NCBI GenBank assembly: GCA_030390025.1
Contig: JASTWF010000036.1
Coordinates: 2,482,001-2,546,000 of the forward strand
From: Squalus acanthias
Lineage: Eukaryota
DNA length: 64,000 nucleotides
Reading direction: 5' to 3'
Part shown: piece by piece, positions 25,970-38,984 of the stretch
Numbering within the stretch: the first letter of the stretch is position 1
Layout of the letters: the number at the start of each line of letters is the position of its first letter
The notes under the pieces: generated by a model
Told to the model about the DNA's origin: nothing
The model's input: only the letters and a program-made list of their open reading frames with translations
Database searches by the model: none
Program-made: the position numbers and the translations under genes

Positions 25970-26520
25970 GATGCCTAGAAGTCAGAAAACTAGAGGGCAC
26001 AAAAGGCAGGAGGAGGCTGCAGAGGTAGGGTGGGGTGAAGCTGTGGAGGGGTTTGAAGATGAGGAAAAGGATTTTAACTTCAATGTGTTGAGGCACAGGG
26101 AGCGTGCATATCAACCATGAGAGAGGTGAAAGGCAAATGGGACTCAGTGCAGGACAGCATACAGACAACAGAAATTTGATCAAATTGGAGTTCATGGAGG
26201 GTAGGAGTGGGAGGTTGGCAAGGAGGACATTGGAGAAATAGAGTCCAGAGGTGGCAAAAGCGTCAATAGGGTTTTGGTGGCACTAGGGGTGAGGCGGAGA
26301 CAGTGGTACGCAATGTTGCTGAAGTGGAAGTAGCCGGTCTTAGTGATCAATAAGATGTGGGGTTTGAAGCTCAGCTTGGGTTTGGACAGGATGTCAAAGT
26401 TTCACACAGTCTGGTTCAGCCTGAGCATGTGGCTAGTAAGGGGCTGGTCTCAGTGGCAAGGGAGTGGAGTTTATGGCAAGGGCTGAAAACAATGGCTTTG
26501 GTTTTCCCCAAAGTTCTCTA
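25970..26520 (-). mobile_element. Old L2 fragment
   Basis: ORF 25908..26195 LPVPQHIEVKILFLIFKPLHSFTPPYLCSLL resembles the L2 C-terminus LLVKQRLDFKILILVFKSLHSLAPSYLCNLL. Confidence 0.6.
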
Positions 26521-26914
26521 CCGTGATCTTTGAAGAGCCTCCACCCCCACTTCACACAATTCCAAAAGTTGAAATTTGAAAATTTAAACCTCGACTGCGA
26601 CTCAGATTCAACCACTCTCAATGGCTGAGCTTTACAGATTCTCAGTTGGGCTTCCAGATGAAGTGGCCAATGACAGTTGATGATCCTACTTCGAAGTATT
26701 GTTGCACCTAATAAAGCTCATATTGTCAGAGCTACTGATAAACAGCCGTGCCAAAATCCATAGTGCAGATTGTCCTGCCCTACTGATGAAGTACAACGTG
26801 ACAAAAGAGTTTGTTTCTTCCCAGTTGCCATCTGTGTCATTATTTGGTCCCTTGGGAAGAAGCACACTTTTCCAGGATTGGACTAGTTCCATTAGTTTTT
26901 CCCTTCTTTATCTT

Positions 26915-29773
26915 TAACAAGGCCCTTGCCATCCATGAGCTTATCGTGGATGACTGCATCGATATCATGGCCCTGATGGAAACTTGGTTGAGGGGTGATG
27001 ACACCTTACCCTTAAATGAAGCCTCCCCACCTGGCTATACCTTCCACCACTTGCCCCGCTCAGACCGCTGTGGTGGCGGTGTGGCTCTCATCACCAAATC
27101 ACACCTTGGTCTGTCCCCCTATTCCTCCTTTGAGCATCTCACCTTATTCCACCCCTCTCACCTCTCATTTAAAATTCTTGTTCTCTACCGCCCACCCAAG
27201 TACCATAAAAATGCTATTACTGAGATATCTTCACTGTTCTCCTCCCTCAGCACCGAACGACTTCTCATCCTCGGTGATTTCAACCTCCATCTCAATTCAT
27301 CATGCTCTCTCTCTCTGAGTTCACTAGCCTCCTATCCTCCCTTAATCTCTCCCTCCATGAAAACTCCCCAATCCATTTTAACGGCCACCCCCTCGACCTT
27401 GCCATCTCTCGTGGCTTCGCTACTCCCATCGTGTCAATTGCAGAGAAGGCCATCTCTGACCAATTGCTCATATCGCTCTCCACCCCCCCCCCCCCCCCGC
27501 CCCCAACCCTACTTCCTTCTGTGTCCGTTCCTGGAAAAAACTCTCTCCCAACTCTCTTACAACTGCACTTATGAAATCCCAACTGTCCAGCCTCTGGCCC
27601 TTCATTCACCGTGACATTTCTGCAGCTACCAATCTGCTCAGCCACACCCTCACCACTATCTTTGATGCCCTTGTCCCTACAAAAACAATTACCCTCTCTC
27701 ACCCTGGCTGTTACCCCTGGTACGGCTCTCATCTTCGCTCCCTTAAGTCCAAGGGACACAGACTCGAACGGATATGGCGGACAACTGGTTTAGCCATTCA
27801 ATGACAGATCTGGCTGGACCACATAAAGCATTATCGGGTCCTGCTCTCGTCTGCCAAAATTGCTGACTATTCCAGAATCATTCTGGAATGCAAAGATAAA
27901 CCTCGGCTCCTATTCTCTACTGCTAACCGTCTTCTTAAACCCCTCTCCCCCGTCTCCTCACCTCTGATAACAAATGCGAGGAGCTCATGGACTTTTGTCT
28001 CTAAGATTGAGACCATCCGTTCAGCTGCCTCTGCCACTTCCTTCTCCTAGCCCACTGGGCCAAATTTCCTCTAAGGTTCCCCCCTGCCCTAGCCCTGAAC
28101 TCACATCATTCTCCAGTTTCTCTCTGATCTCCCTTCATGACCTCTCTGTGCTCATCTTGTCTATGAGACCCACCTCCTGCTCCCTCTACCCTATTCCCAC
28201 CAAACTGCTGACCATCCAACTTCCTTTTCTGGCTCCCATGTTAGCTGACATTGTTAACGGTTCTCTCCCCTCAGGTACTGTCCCCCTCTCCCTCAAATCT
28301 GCTGTTATCACCCCTCTCCTCAAAAAACCAAACCTTGATCCCTCCGTCCTTGCAAACTACTGCTCCATCTCCAACCTCCCTTTCCTCTCCAAAGTCCTTG
28401 AACGTGTTGTTGCCTCCCAAATCCGTGCCCATCTTTCCCGCAATTCCATGTTTGAATCCCTCCAATCAGGTTTCCACCCTTGCCACAGTACCGAAACGGT
28501 TCTCATCAAAGTCACAAATTACATCCTTTGTGACTGTGACAAAGGTAAACTATCCCTCCTCGTCCTTCTTGACTTGTCTGCAGCCTTTGACACGGTTGAC
28601 CACTCCATCCTTCTCCAACGTTTCTCCACCGTCGTCCTGCTGGGTGGGACTGCACTCGCCTGGATCCATTCTTATCTATCTAATCGTAGCCAGAGAATCA
28701 CCTGCAACGGCTTCTCTTCCCGCTCCCACATCGTTACCTCTGGTGTCTCCCCAGGGATCTATCCTTGGCCCCCTCCTATTTCTCATCTACATGTTGCCCC
28801 TCGGTGACATCATCCGAAAACACAGCGTCAGTTGACGACACCCAGCTGTACCTCACTACTTCTTCTCTCGACCCCTCCACGGTGTCTAAATTGTTAGACT
28901 GCTTGTCCGAAATACAGTTCTGGATGAGCAAAAATTTTCTCCAATTAAATATTGGGAAAACAGAAGCTATTGTTTTCAGTCCCCGCCACAAACTCAGTTC
29001 CCTAGCCACCAACTCCATCCCTCTCCGTGACATCTGTCTGAGGCTGAACTACACTGTGCGCAACCTTGGTGTCATATTTGACCCTGGAATGAGCTTCCGA
29101 CCACATATCCACAGCACAACAAAGACCGCCTACTTCCACCTGCGTAACATCGCCCATCTCCGTCCTTGCCTCAGCTCATCCGCTGCTGAAACCCTCATCC
29201 ATGCCTTTGTTACCTCTAGACTTGACTATTCCAACGCACTCCTGGCTGGCCTCCCACATTCCACCCTACGTAAACTTGAGGTCATCCAAAACTCGGCTGC
29301 CCGTGTCCTAACTTGCACCAAGTCCCGTTCGCCCATCACCCCTGTGCTCGCTGACCTACATTGGCTCCTGGTTAAGCAGCGCCTCGATTTCAAAATTCTC
29401 ATCCTTGTTTTCAAATCCCTCCATAGCCTCGCCCCTTCCTATCTCTGTAATCTCCTCCAACCCCACAACTCCCCCGAGATATCTGCACTCCTCTAATTCT
29501 GCCCTCTTGAGGATCCCCGATTATAATCGCTCAACCTTTGGTGGCCGTGCCTTCTGTTGCCTAGACCCTAAGCTCTGGAATTCCCTGCCTAAACCTCTCT
29601 GCCTCGCTACCTCTCTTTCCTCCTTTAAGACGCTCCTTAAAACCAACCTCTTTGACCAAGCTTTTGGTCACCTGCCCTAATTTATCCTTATGTGGATCGG
29701 TGTCATATTTTTTATCTTAAAATACTCCTGTGCAGTGCCTTGGGACGTTTTACTACGTTAAAGGCACTATATA
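26915..29773 (+). mobile_element. L2-clade LINE ORF2 (AP endonuclease plus RT), frameshifted, near full length
   Basis: APE motifs ALMETWL, GGGVALI, LYRPP and LGDFNLH. RT motifs [36 protein letters not shown] and DDTQLY. The 3' tail resumes at 30314-30334 (taaatacaagttgttgttgtt). Confidence 0.92.
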
Positions 29774-30311
29774 GAAACATAGAAAAATAGGAGCAGGAGT
29801 AGGCCATTCGAGCCTGCTACGCCATTCAATATCATGGCTGATCCTCTATCTCAATACCATATTCCCGCTGTCTCCCCATACCCCTTGATGCCTTTTGTGT
29901 CTAGAAATCTATCTATCTCCTTCTTAAATATATTCAGCGACTTGGCCTCCACAGCCTTCTGCGGTAGAGAATTCCACAGGTTCACCACCCTCTGAGTGAA
30001 GAAATTTCTCCTCATCTCAGTCCTAAATGTCCTACCGCGTATCCTGAGACTGTGACCCCCTCGTCCTAGAGCCCCCAGCCAGGGGGAAATAGCCTCCCTG
30101 CATCCAGTCTATCTAGCCCTGTCAGAAATGTATACGTTTCAATGAGATCCCCTCTCATTCTTCTAAACTCTAGTGAATACAGGCCTAGTCGACCCAATCT
30201 CTCCTCATACGACAGTCCTGCCATCCCAGGCATCAGTCTGGTGAACCTTCGCTGCACTCCCTCTATGGCAAGTATATCCTTTCTTAGGTAAGGAGACCAA
30301 AACAGGTGTGG
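29771..30311 (-). mobile_element. CR1 3' fragment inserted into the L2 3' terminus
   Basis: ORF 30066..30257 QRRFTRLMPGMAGLSYEERL and a CR1 3' UTR. Splits the L2 end aaaggcactata / taaatacaagttgttg. Confidence 0.9.
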
Positions 30312-30940
30312 AGTAAATACAAGTTGTTGTTGTTCTCACAGTGAGCAACCCATGAAGCAGCTCAGCTAATATCTTCGAAGTAGCTGAGCTTACGTCAGCC
30401 AAAGCTGAGATTTTCAACCATTAGTTTGGAGGTCCAGTGTTCCATTCCTAACAAAGCAGCTTCATTTTAACATTCCAAGAGATCCATATCTGGTGGTAAA
30501 ATTGGATCAAATAACTTGGGAAATAACATTCTGCATGTAACTCCTTAAAATAAGCTCTTCATAGGAAACTACAGGCAAATCACAAAAATATTCCAACAGC
30601 TATTATTCCCCATAAATTCAAGGTTATAGACCAAGTACATCCAGGTGCACTGCACATCTGGTGCCATGCACCAGAAATGTATCTTTGGTGGACAGCTTTC
30701 AGCATTAACAGAAATACAGCTTTTTCTCCGAGGATGGATCATGGGCTGCAAGGAATGAATACAGTTGCCCATCTTAGTTACTAAAACTAAACTAGGTTGA
30801 AATCGCATTGTGCATTATTAGTAATAGCCACATTTAACATTTTTGTTAAATGGTAAACAAAGGGATTTCATGCAAAGGTATTAACGTGGTTGTTACTAAT
30901 ATCGCACAGCATGAATTCAATCCACTTGCGTCAGTGATAG

Positions 30941-31382
30941 GTGTCAGCTGTGGTTCAGTTGGTAGCGCTCTTGCCTCTGAGTCAGATGTCTGTGGGCTCA
31001 AGTCCCACTCCAGAGACTTATGCACATAATCCATGCTGACACTCCAGTGCCGTACTGATGGAGTGCTGCACTGTCGGAGGTGCCGTCTTTCGGATGAGAT
31101 GTTAAACCCTCAGATGGACGTAAAAGATCCCATGACACTACTTCGAAGAAGAACAGGAGAGTTCGCCCCAGTGTCCTGGCCAATATTTATCCCTCAACCA
31201 ACACCATTAAAACAGATTATCTGGTCATTATCACATTGCTGTTTGTGGGAGCTTGCTATGTGCAAATTTTCTGCCGCATTTCCCTACATTACAACAGTGA
31301 CTACACTTCAAAAGCTAAAAAATGCTTTGGGACATCCTGAGGTCATGAAAGGCGCTATTTAAATGCAAGTTCTTTCTTCTTT
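30941..31382 (+). mobile_element. Full-length Deu-domain SINE (tRNA head, Deu domain, L2-like tail)
   Basis: A-box-like tggttcagttgg and B-box-like ggctcaagtcc. Deu-like core gtgctgcactgtcggaggtgccgtctttcggatgag...gtaaaagatcccatg. Tail gaaaggcgctatttaaatgcaagttctttc. Further 3' fragments at 14140-14245 and 15780-15935. Confidence 0.75.
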
Positions 31383-32009
31383 ATAACACATGCTGACAGC
31401 ACCCTGCCCAGGGAAGGAGATACATTTTCCCTGTCTTTCCGTGCTCCCATCATTCATTTGTTTGTTCCTTCTCCAGTGTTTCATATTTGTTCAATAAATG
31501 GGAATTCACCATTCAGAGCCTTCTACTGTATACACCTCTAGTACCAGGGTATCGGTGCGAATGCAGATGCATAGATTAATCAGTAGGTTAATACAGGATT
31601 CCCAATTTCTTTTGGTAGAATATATACCTGGGCTGGACAACAAACCTTTTTTTTTTAAAAACAGGGTTCAATGAAGCAACAGGGCTTGAATTTTCACTTG
31701 CAAAGTGCAGCTGCTATCTGAATATTCATGTTTTGCCTCATGGCTGCTTGGAGATGGGCATAGAATGCCAGAAACCACGGGGCAGTGGTAAAAACATTAG
31801 AGGAAAATTAGGTGGTAACTTGACATAGTACCATTCCCTAGTACTGTCAAGGTGAAACTCACCCCTTCTCCCTTATTTCTTAGCAGCAGCAATGCTTAGC
31901 TATTGGATGATTCAGATAACAAAGCAATAGATTTTGCTGTTGGAATGCAGTATGAGTTTGTTGCTGGTGGAAAATAGTTATCACCACAGCTATCTTGTCC
32001 TGCCATAGA

Positions 32010-32370
32010 TAAACAACAATAATAATACATGCCTCATTACATTCAAATGTCTCAATGCACTTCACATAATGAATTACATTCCAAGTGCAAACATATTCCA
32101 CAAACAGCAATGGGATAGATCTATTTTTTCATGGTGTTGGTTGAGAGGGGAAATGTTGGCCAGGACAACTCTCTGCTCTTCTTCAAATAGTGTTATGGGA
32201 TCTTCAATGTCCACCTGAACCACTAGAACAAGCAATTAGAACCTTGGTTTAACATCTTACCCACTGTCCGCCAAGATTATGAGCCGAAATCCCGACTACG
32301 GGACTTGAACCCACAACTTTCTGATCCAGAGGTGAGTGTGCTATCAACTGAGCCAAGCTGCCACACTCAT
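32010..32370 (-). mobile_element. Deu-domain SINE, decayed
   Basis: atgggatcttcaatgtccacctgaa ... gggacttgaacccacaactttctga ... aactgagccaagctg. Confidence 0.6.
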
Positions 32371-33080
32371 CTACCCCAATTATTGTGAAAACTCATGCCT
32401 GTATTCTTGTCTCGGTAAGGAGAGAAATCCAGTCAGGTGCAAGAGAAGGAAGTTTAAAAAATTAATTGGTACAATATTAACGCTGTGCTTTTTTCCCTTT
32501 TGGGTGCAATTGTTAACTTCAGTCAATCCTGTCCAATGAACATGTCCTGCCTACATGCTAATATTCCCCATGTGGGTGCCAGCGTACAATGTTTTTACCT
32601 GGCAGGGGCCAAAGGTGAACCTATTGCAAAGGCAAGCAGGAACAGCTGCAGGAAAATCTAGGATAGAAATTTCAGGGCTGCATGGTCTTGTTTTCAAAAC
32701 AATTATCAGATGAAACCAACAGAAATGTTGGTTTTCAACAAAAGTATTCAAATTATATGAAATCAGCTGCAATTTTTTTTTTTTATTAACAGTTAGACAA
32801 TGTAAGTCATTCTAGTCATTTTTCATTGAATGGTTACAGCAGGGAAGAAGGCCATTCGGCCCGTTGAGCCTGTGCTGGCTCTCTGCAAGAGCACCTCAGC
32901 TAGTCCCACTCCCCCGCCCTTTCCCTGTAGCCTTGCAAATTTTCTTCTTCCCTTTTGAAAGCCGTGATTGAATTGGCCTCCACCACCCTTTCAGGCAGTG
33001 CGCATTCCAGATCATAACCACTCGCTGCGTAAAAAAGTTTTTTCTCATGTCGTCTTTGGTTCTTTTGCCAATCACCTTAA

Positions 33081-35088
33081 AGAAGTTAAAGATAGTATTA
33101 GATCAAAGGAAGAGGCTTATAATGTTGCCAAAAAGAGTAGTAAGCCTGAGGATTGGGAGGATTTTAGAATTCAGCAAAGGAGGACCAAGAAATTATTAAA
33201 GAAAGGGAAAATAGAATGAGAGTAAACTAGCAAGAGACACAAAAACAGACTGTAAAAGCTTCTATAGGTATGTAAAAATTAAAAGATTAGCGAAAGTACA
33301 TGTGGGTCCCTTACAGGCCGAGACAGGAGAAATTATAATGGGGAATAAGGAAATGGCAGAGAAATTAAACAAATACTTTGTGTGTCTGTCTTCATGGAAG
33401 AAGACGCAAAAAACTTCCCGGAAATAGTGGAGAACCAAGGCTCTAACTGAAAGAAATTAGTATTAGCAAAAAAATAGTACTGGAGAAATTAATGGGACTG
33501 AAAGCCGATAAATCCCCTGGACCTGATGGCCTACATCCTTGGATTTTGAAAGAGGTGGCTATAGAGATAGTGGATGCATTGGTGGTCATTTTCCAAAATT
33601 CCATAGATTCTGGAACGGTTCCTGCGGATTGGAAGGTAGCAAATGTAACCCCACTATTTAAGAAAGGAGGGAGAGAGAAAACAGGGAACTACAGACCAGT
33701 AAGCCTGACATCAGTAGTAGGGAAAATGCTAGAATCTATTAAGGACGTGGTAACAGGGCACTTAGAAAATAATAATAGGACTGGGCAGAGTCAACACGGA
33801 TTTATGAAAGGGAAATCGTTTTTGACAAATCTGTTCGAGTTTTTTGAGGTTGTAACTAGCAGAATAGATAAGGGGGAAACCAGTGGATGTGGTATATTTG
33901 GATTTTCAGAAGGCATTCGATAAGGTGCCACACAAGAGGTTATTAAACAAAATTAGGGCTCATGGGCTTGGGGGTAATATACTAGCATGGATTGAGGATT
34001 GGTTAAAGACAGAAAACAGAGAGTAGGAATAAACGGGTCATTTTCGGGTTGGCAGGCTGTAACTAGCGGGGTACAGCAAGGATCAGTGCTTGGGCCTCAG
34101 CTATTCACAATCTACATCAATGATTTGGAGGAGGGGACCAAATGTAATATATCCAAGTTTGCTGATGATATAAAGCTGGGTGGGAATGTAAGTTGTGAGG
34201 AGGATGCAAGGAGGCTTCAAGGGGATATAGACAGGCTGTGAGTGGGCAAGAACATGGCAAATGGAATATAATGTGGAGAAATGTGAAGTTATCCACTTTG
34301 GTAGAAAAAATAGAAAAGCAGAGTATTTTTTAAATGGTGAGAGATTGGGAAATGTTGGTGTTCAGAGGGACCTGGGTGTCCTTGTACACGAATCACTAAA
34401 AGTTAACATGCAGGTACAGCAAGCAATTAGGAAAGCAAATGGTATGTTGGCCTTTATTACAAGAGGATTTGAGTATAAGAGTAAAGACGTCTTACTGCAA
34501 TTATATAGGGCCCTGGTGAGACCACACCTGGAGTATTGTGTACAGTTTTGGTCTCCTTACCTAAGGAAGGATATACTTGCCATAGAGGGAGTGCAACGAA
34601 GGTTCACCAGACTGGTTCCTGGGATGGGGGGATTGTTCTATGAGGAGAGATTGGGTAGACTAGGCTATATTCTATAGAGTTTAGAAGAATGAGAGGTGAT
34701 CTCATTGAAACATACAAGATTCTGAGGGGGATTGACAGGGTAGATGCAGGGAGGATGTTTCCCCTGGCTGGAGAGTCTAGAACCAGGGATCACAGTCTCA
34801 GAATAAGGGGTCGGCCATTTAGGTCTGAGATGAGGAGAAATTTCTTCACTCAGGAGGGTGGTGAATCTTTGAAATTCTCTACCCCAGAGAGCTGTGGAGG
34901 CTCAGTCATTGAGTATATTCAAGACAGAGATCGATAGATTTTTGGATATTAAGGGAATCAAGGGATATGGGGATAGGGCAGGCAAGTGGAGATGAGGTAG
35001 AAGATCAGCCATGATCTTATTGAATGGCGGAGCAGGCTTGAGGGGTCAAATGGCCTACTCCTGCTCCTATTTCTTATGTTCTTCTGTT
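33081..35088 (+). mobile_element. 5'-truncated CR1 LINE, about 2 kb, nested in the older CR1
   Basis: ORFs 33492..33923, 33999..34241, 34261..34677 and 34689..34937. Near-identical to the reverse complement of 3595-5723. Confidence 0.93.
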
Positions 35089-35224
35089 CTTATCTGTGTC
35101 CTCTGGTTCTCGATCCCTCTGCCAATGGGAACAGTTTCTCTCTATCTACTCTGTCCAGAGACCTCATGATTTTGAACACCTCCATCAAATCTGCTCTCAA
35201 TCTTCTCTGCTCTAAGAACAACAA

Positions 35225-35653
35225 CATAGAATCATAGAATCTAGGAGCAGGAGTAGGCCATTCGGCCCATCGAGCCTGCTCCACCATTCAATACGATCAT
35301 GGCTGATCATCCAAATCCAGTACCCTGTCCCTGCTTTAATCCCCACAGTACACATATCCCACCCTACCCCCGTAACCCCACGTATTTAATTCCCCCATAC
35401 ATATCCCATCCTATCCCCATAACCCCACATATTTAATCCCCCCCTAACACTAAGGGTCAATTTATCATAGCCAAATCAACCTAACCCACACATTTTTGGA
35501 CTGTGGGAGGAAACCGGAGCACCCGGAGGAAACCCACGCAGACACGGGGAGAATGTGCAAACTCCACACAGACAGTCACCCGAGGTCAGATTCGAACCCG
35601 GGTCCCTGGCGCTGTGAGGCACCAGTGCTAACCACTATGCCACCGTGTTGCCC
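35225..35653 (-). mobile_element. V-SINE (HE1-type): tRNA head, V domain, CR1-derived tail
   Basis: A box TGGCATAGTGG (35632-35642) and B box GGTTCGAA (35591-35598). V domain tgtgtggagtttgcacattctccccgtgtctgcgtgggtttcctccgggtgctccggtttcctcccac. The 3' part matches the CR1 3' UTR with an (attctatg)n tail. Confidence 0.85.
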
Positions 35654-36139
35654 TTAGAGCTTCTCTAGTCTATCGACGTAACTGAAGTCCCTCATCCCTG
35701 GAACCATTCTCGTAAATATTTTCTGCACCCTCTCTAAGGCCTTCACATCCTTCCTAAAGTGTGGTGCCCAGACTTGAACACACTACACCAGTTGGGGCCG
35801 AACCAGTGTTTTATAAAGGTTCATCATAATTTCCACGTTTTTGTACTCTATTCATCAAGCCCAGGATCCTGTAAGCTTTTTTAACTGCTTTCTCAACTTG
35901 CCCTGCCACCTTCAATGATTTGTGCACATATACCCCTAGGTCTCTCTGTTCATGCACTCCCTTTAGGATTGTACCATTTAGTTTATATTTCCTCTCATTC
36001 TTTCTACCAAAATGTATCACTTCGCATTTTTCTGCGTTAAATTTCATCTGCCACGAGGAGGAAATGTTGAAGAAATTTGATTTTTTTCCCCTAATATTTC
36101 CTGAATCAGATTTATCTGTTCCTCAATTTCCTTTCCTCC

Positions 36140-36480
36140 CCTCCTGAATGTGCTGACATGTGCGAAGATACAATTTCACAGACACAAACAGCCCAACCGC
36201 ACTTGATCCAAGTGGCCATTCTTCAAGCATGAGACTGGGAGAGCATGACAACTGAGTTGGATTTTGTCATCAGTTCCCTTCCACACACTTTCCAACGGGA
36301 GTCTCTAGATAACAATTGGAAAAAGGCACCTTGGCTGATTCATTATCTCCCCAGTCTCAGCTCACTAAGGCCAAATACAGTGCCCTAATAGCTGCCGACC
36401 TGAGATCAGTTAACTTAGCACAGACAAGAGATCAAACCTTGGACCTTCTGCTCTGTATGATTTCGTACCACATCGGACAG
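36140..36480 (-). mobile_element. tRNA-derived SINE-like repeat, family unassigned (copy 2)
   Basis: caagtggccattcttca ... tgagatcagttaacttagcacagacaagagatcaaaccttggacctt. Confidence 0.5.
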
Positions 36481-36573
36481 CTGAATTAGATTTTAAGAAT
36501 CATTGATGAATAATATGACTTATAAACAGGGTGGAGTTCAACAATTAAAGGGCACACAGAACATAAAACTTAC

Positions 36574-36637
36574 CCAGCATCTGTGCCATTGCCACAAAGT
36601 AAAGGATCAGGTAATGCTGGCACCGTGTAGAAATTTG
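36574..36637 (-). CDS. SCN8A: SCN8A exon 7 (DI S5-P loop), 64 bp
   Basis: gtttccttatag|CAAATTTCTACACGGTG...GATGCTGG|gtaagt. Encodes (T)NFYTVPALPDPLLCGNGTDAG. Phase matches exons 6 and 8. Not in the ORF track. Confidence 0.92.
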
Positions 36638-37711
36638 CTATAAGGAAACAGAATAATGTTTTAATTAGATTAATTTATTCACAAAATAGCTTACAACAAT
36701 TAATCTTTCATTCTTTCCCCCCACACAATACTATTTCATTGAATGGAGTTCTGAAAAACATTAGAAGTGTTACGTAGGGTCACAAGCAGATTTTCCAAAT
36801 GAAAGAAAATTGCAGAAGTTACACAAAGACAACATAATCAGCTGCAAGTTAAAACTGCATTCTCATACAATTTTTTATCCCCCCATTCTGTATGTTATTC
36901 TCTCTCCCTTCTTTAAGCCATCCTATTTGGTATGCCATTATCTGATAGACTAAGTGGCCAAAAAGTCTATTTCCAAGGCCTCAACCAAAGCTACTTTGAA
37001 GCCAGCTTCCTGAAGCTATGTGACGGAATCACTGGTTAGTGTTTGTCTCTTGTTATTTGTTGCCCCAGACAGTTTTGGTTGAGATCATACAGAACACAAT
37101 GGTTCCTGGGGTCACAGCAAGAAGGGAAACTGGCCAAGGACATACAACGCAAGATGTAAAATCAGATAGGTAATTTGGAGCTATCTTGAGTAACTTTGCG
37201 GTGGGGCGGGGGGAGGGGGAGGGGTTATAGAAGAAGAAAGGGTTTGCAAGGCTTCGCTCAAGGGATAAAATATGTTGGATAGAATGTATAACAAGATAGA
37301 TTATATATGGACAGTGGAAGAAATGACCTTCATGGGCCACAGGGTCTTTTTTCATTCTATAAGTACCCATGTCACTATTGATGATTGACCAGCCAACCTG
37401 GTTGACCAGTCACTGGAGCGGAGATCCTTCTCACCTGGCTCCAAGTAACCATGCAATCCAATGCTCTCTCAGGTAGGGTGATGCTGGCTGGATAAGCAAC
37501 AGTGCTGTGCTGGGTAAGCTGCATAGTTTATGCCAGCTAAAGTCCAGCAGTACTCCTACACACACTTTGGGGCCTATATGACTTTGCTCGTCAACCTGTG
37601 CCTAAACTCCCTGCAGCTTGGTCTGTAAACTCACAGTGATGGGTTGCATGTATGTCAGATAATCAGCTAGTCAAAAAATAATGTCTGAGCACTCCAAGAT
37701 ACAGTATATTA

Positions 37712-38984
37712 TGCTGAGCGCCAGTATTTAGGCGGCATTTGAGGTAGGTTGCCTCACCACCACAGCTTGTATGCCTTCCCAAAAAAGTCTACAACATTGA
37801 CTCACAGATATTCTGAAACAAAAGTGCGTTATCTTCAGGATCATGATGGCTAGGGTTTACCTTCAGCACTATCTGGGAGCAGTACTGCAGGTTGCAGCCA
37901 GTTGACAAGCCACTATGGACAGTTTGTGAAAGGAATAAAAATAGGGAGATAATGGTGATTAAGTCCACGTGTGTAATTCCTGAGAAAAGTGGGTCAATGG
38001 CCCCGATATTTATAGGCAGGCGGGGAAGGAGCAGGGTGGGTGGGAGGGGGAGCGGCAGTTTAGTGGTGGGAAACCCAGAAGTACAAGTTTCCCCCAGGTC
38101 CTGCCAAATTCAACAGCAAGACCTGATTATCATTTTTTGAATCCATTTAGAGAAGGGGGGGGGGGGGGCGCGTGGAAGAGATTGCAGCCCATGGAGGACA
38201 TCGGGAGAGCATCATATCTCGAGGAGGTGGGGGTCCCATCACTGGAGAGGTTAACAGGGTAGCTTGGTGGACCGGGGGGTGGGGGAAAGGGGCTGAGCAA
38301 CTCATGCTCCTCCCAGCCCATTAGCAGTGCTGGAAAGGCACTTACCGGTTGCATCCAGCCATTCTCACCTCCCTTCAGCTGCCGGGTTTCCCCGAGGTCC
38401 TGGAAACCTGGCCGGCCAGTGTTAAAGCTGAAACAGTTAAAATCCAAGTCACGCAGCCTCATTAAAATATTTCAATGAGGGACCCGCCTCCTGAGAGCGG
38501 GTTGGTCGCCCACCCCACCCCCCATCCCGCCTCCGTTAAAACCGAAAGGTGGGCGGGTTGGGTTTGAGTTTGAAACATCCCACCCGACCCAAACCCACCC
38601 GTTTTTGGGGGTTAAAATTACCCCTAATGAGTTAGCAGTATAACACACAGTTGAAGGGGCTGATCTTGTAGCTGAATGTTCTGCATCATCTATCATAGCA
38701 CAAATGGGTTTCAGTGCTGTGCTAGGATAAAGCTAGGTATTTTATATTGCTGCTTCTGTCTGTGTCCTTTGCCAAAGTGGAGGAGATGGGAGCATTAACA
38801 TGTAACAGACAGTGGGGCAGCAAGTGCCAATGGAAAAAAAAATGAAGTGTCAAAAGGGCTTTCATCAAACAGTGATTTGCGTCTCTCTCCACCATTCAGG
38901 ATGACCTTCGACAGATGGGTAGCATTAAATCGTGCTGAAATTGCTGAGCGCCAGTATTTAGGCAGCATGTGAGGTAGGTTGCCT
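37712..38984 (+). repeat. 43-bp dispersed direct repeat (two copies)
   Basis: tgctgagcgccagtatttaggc(g/a)gcat(t/g)tgaggtaggttgcct at 37712-37754 and 38942-38984, 41/43 identical. Confidence 0.9.
37999..38625 (-). mobile_element. GC-rich MITE-like DNA element, candidate AAT TSD
   Basis: Ends ggccccgatattta and ttaaaattacccct, flanked by aat on both sides. Internally homologous to 227-854. Confidence 0.6.

Larger units (their letters stand above)
32825..36055 (-). mobile_element. CR1 (third subfamily) split into three pieces by later insertions
   Basis: Pieces at 32825-33080, 35091-35224 and 35655-36055 rejoin (ccaatcaccttaa|atctgtgtcctctgg). ORF 35811..36047 MKFNAEKCEVIHFGRKN. Confidence 0.8.

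Noticed and set aside
35575..35653. tRNA-like sequence with A and B boxes
   Set aside because: It is the head of a V-SINE, continuing into the V domain and CR1 tail, not a tRNA gene.
37740..37751. tgaggtaggttg resembles let-7 (also at 38970-38981)
   Set aside because: It lacks the internal TAG of let-7 and I see no complementary arm for a precursor hairpin.
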